Below, one piece after another: positions 63,696 to 64,000 of a stretch of DNA of 64,000 nt. The position numbers and the translations under genes are program-made. Source of the stretch: Antedon mediterranea (Eukaryota; Animalia; Echinodermata); assembly GCF_964355755.1 (NCBI RefSeq), contig NC_092679.1, positions 24,287,432 to 24,351,431 of the forward strand, given 5' to 3'. The notes under the pieces are model-generated. The model was not told the DNA's origin, did no database searches, and saw only the letters and a program-made list of their open reading frames with translations. Each line of letters starts with the position of its first letter. The first letter of the stretch is position 1.

Positions 63696-64000
63696 GTACA
63701 GTATATAACTATGTTATCGTCAATCAAATTGAAGCACAATTTGGTTATTTTGTTATTCATTGTTTTTCTTTTTTTAATATTTTGAATGAAACCTCACTGC
63801 TTTCACTCCTTTTATTATTTCTGTTTATACAATTCCACCTCCACCTGTCATATTAAATTTGAAAATGACACCCATGTCAGATTGTTCAAGAAACTATTGA
63901 TACCAACCTATTGATACCAACTATTGATACCAACTATTGATACTAAACTATTGATACCAACCTATTGTGGAGAGAATTATAAATGATCTATGTGTTTCTA

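Overview
AT-rich, intron-dense eukaryotic (invertebrate animal) genomic DNA, not prokaryotic. The repeat landscape looks echinoderm-like, but that is only an impression. The window holds three co-oriented + strand xanthine dehydrogenase (XDH)-family molybdo-flavoenzyme genes (275-15634, 16767-30724, 40353-54936). A - strand METAP1D lies between copies 2 and 3, followed by VTI1B (-) head-to-head with the 5' end of DHTKD1 (+). The main finding: the three XDH paralogs are patchily homogenised (apparent gene conversion, even in introns) but differ sharply at the substrate-pocket residues. The Arg880 equivalent is Cys/Leu/Arg, and copy 2 also has F914L and T1010P. All three keep the NAD-type FAD domain and both catalytic glutamates, which suggests an independently diversifying, aldehyde-oxidase-like enzyme set. 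Other notable structure: a U12 intron in each copy, an intron missing from copy 3, a variable Cys-Cys linker exon, an antisense exon copy inside an intron, a minisatellite that multiplies a splice donor, a duplication creating a possible poison exon in VTI1B, three GC donors, and several MITEs, SINEs and a 5S fragment. Exon models were read by eye; bovine XOR residue numbers are from memory of the family.
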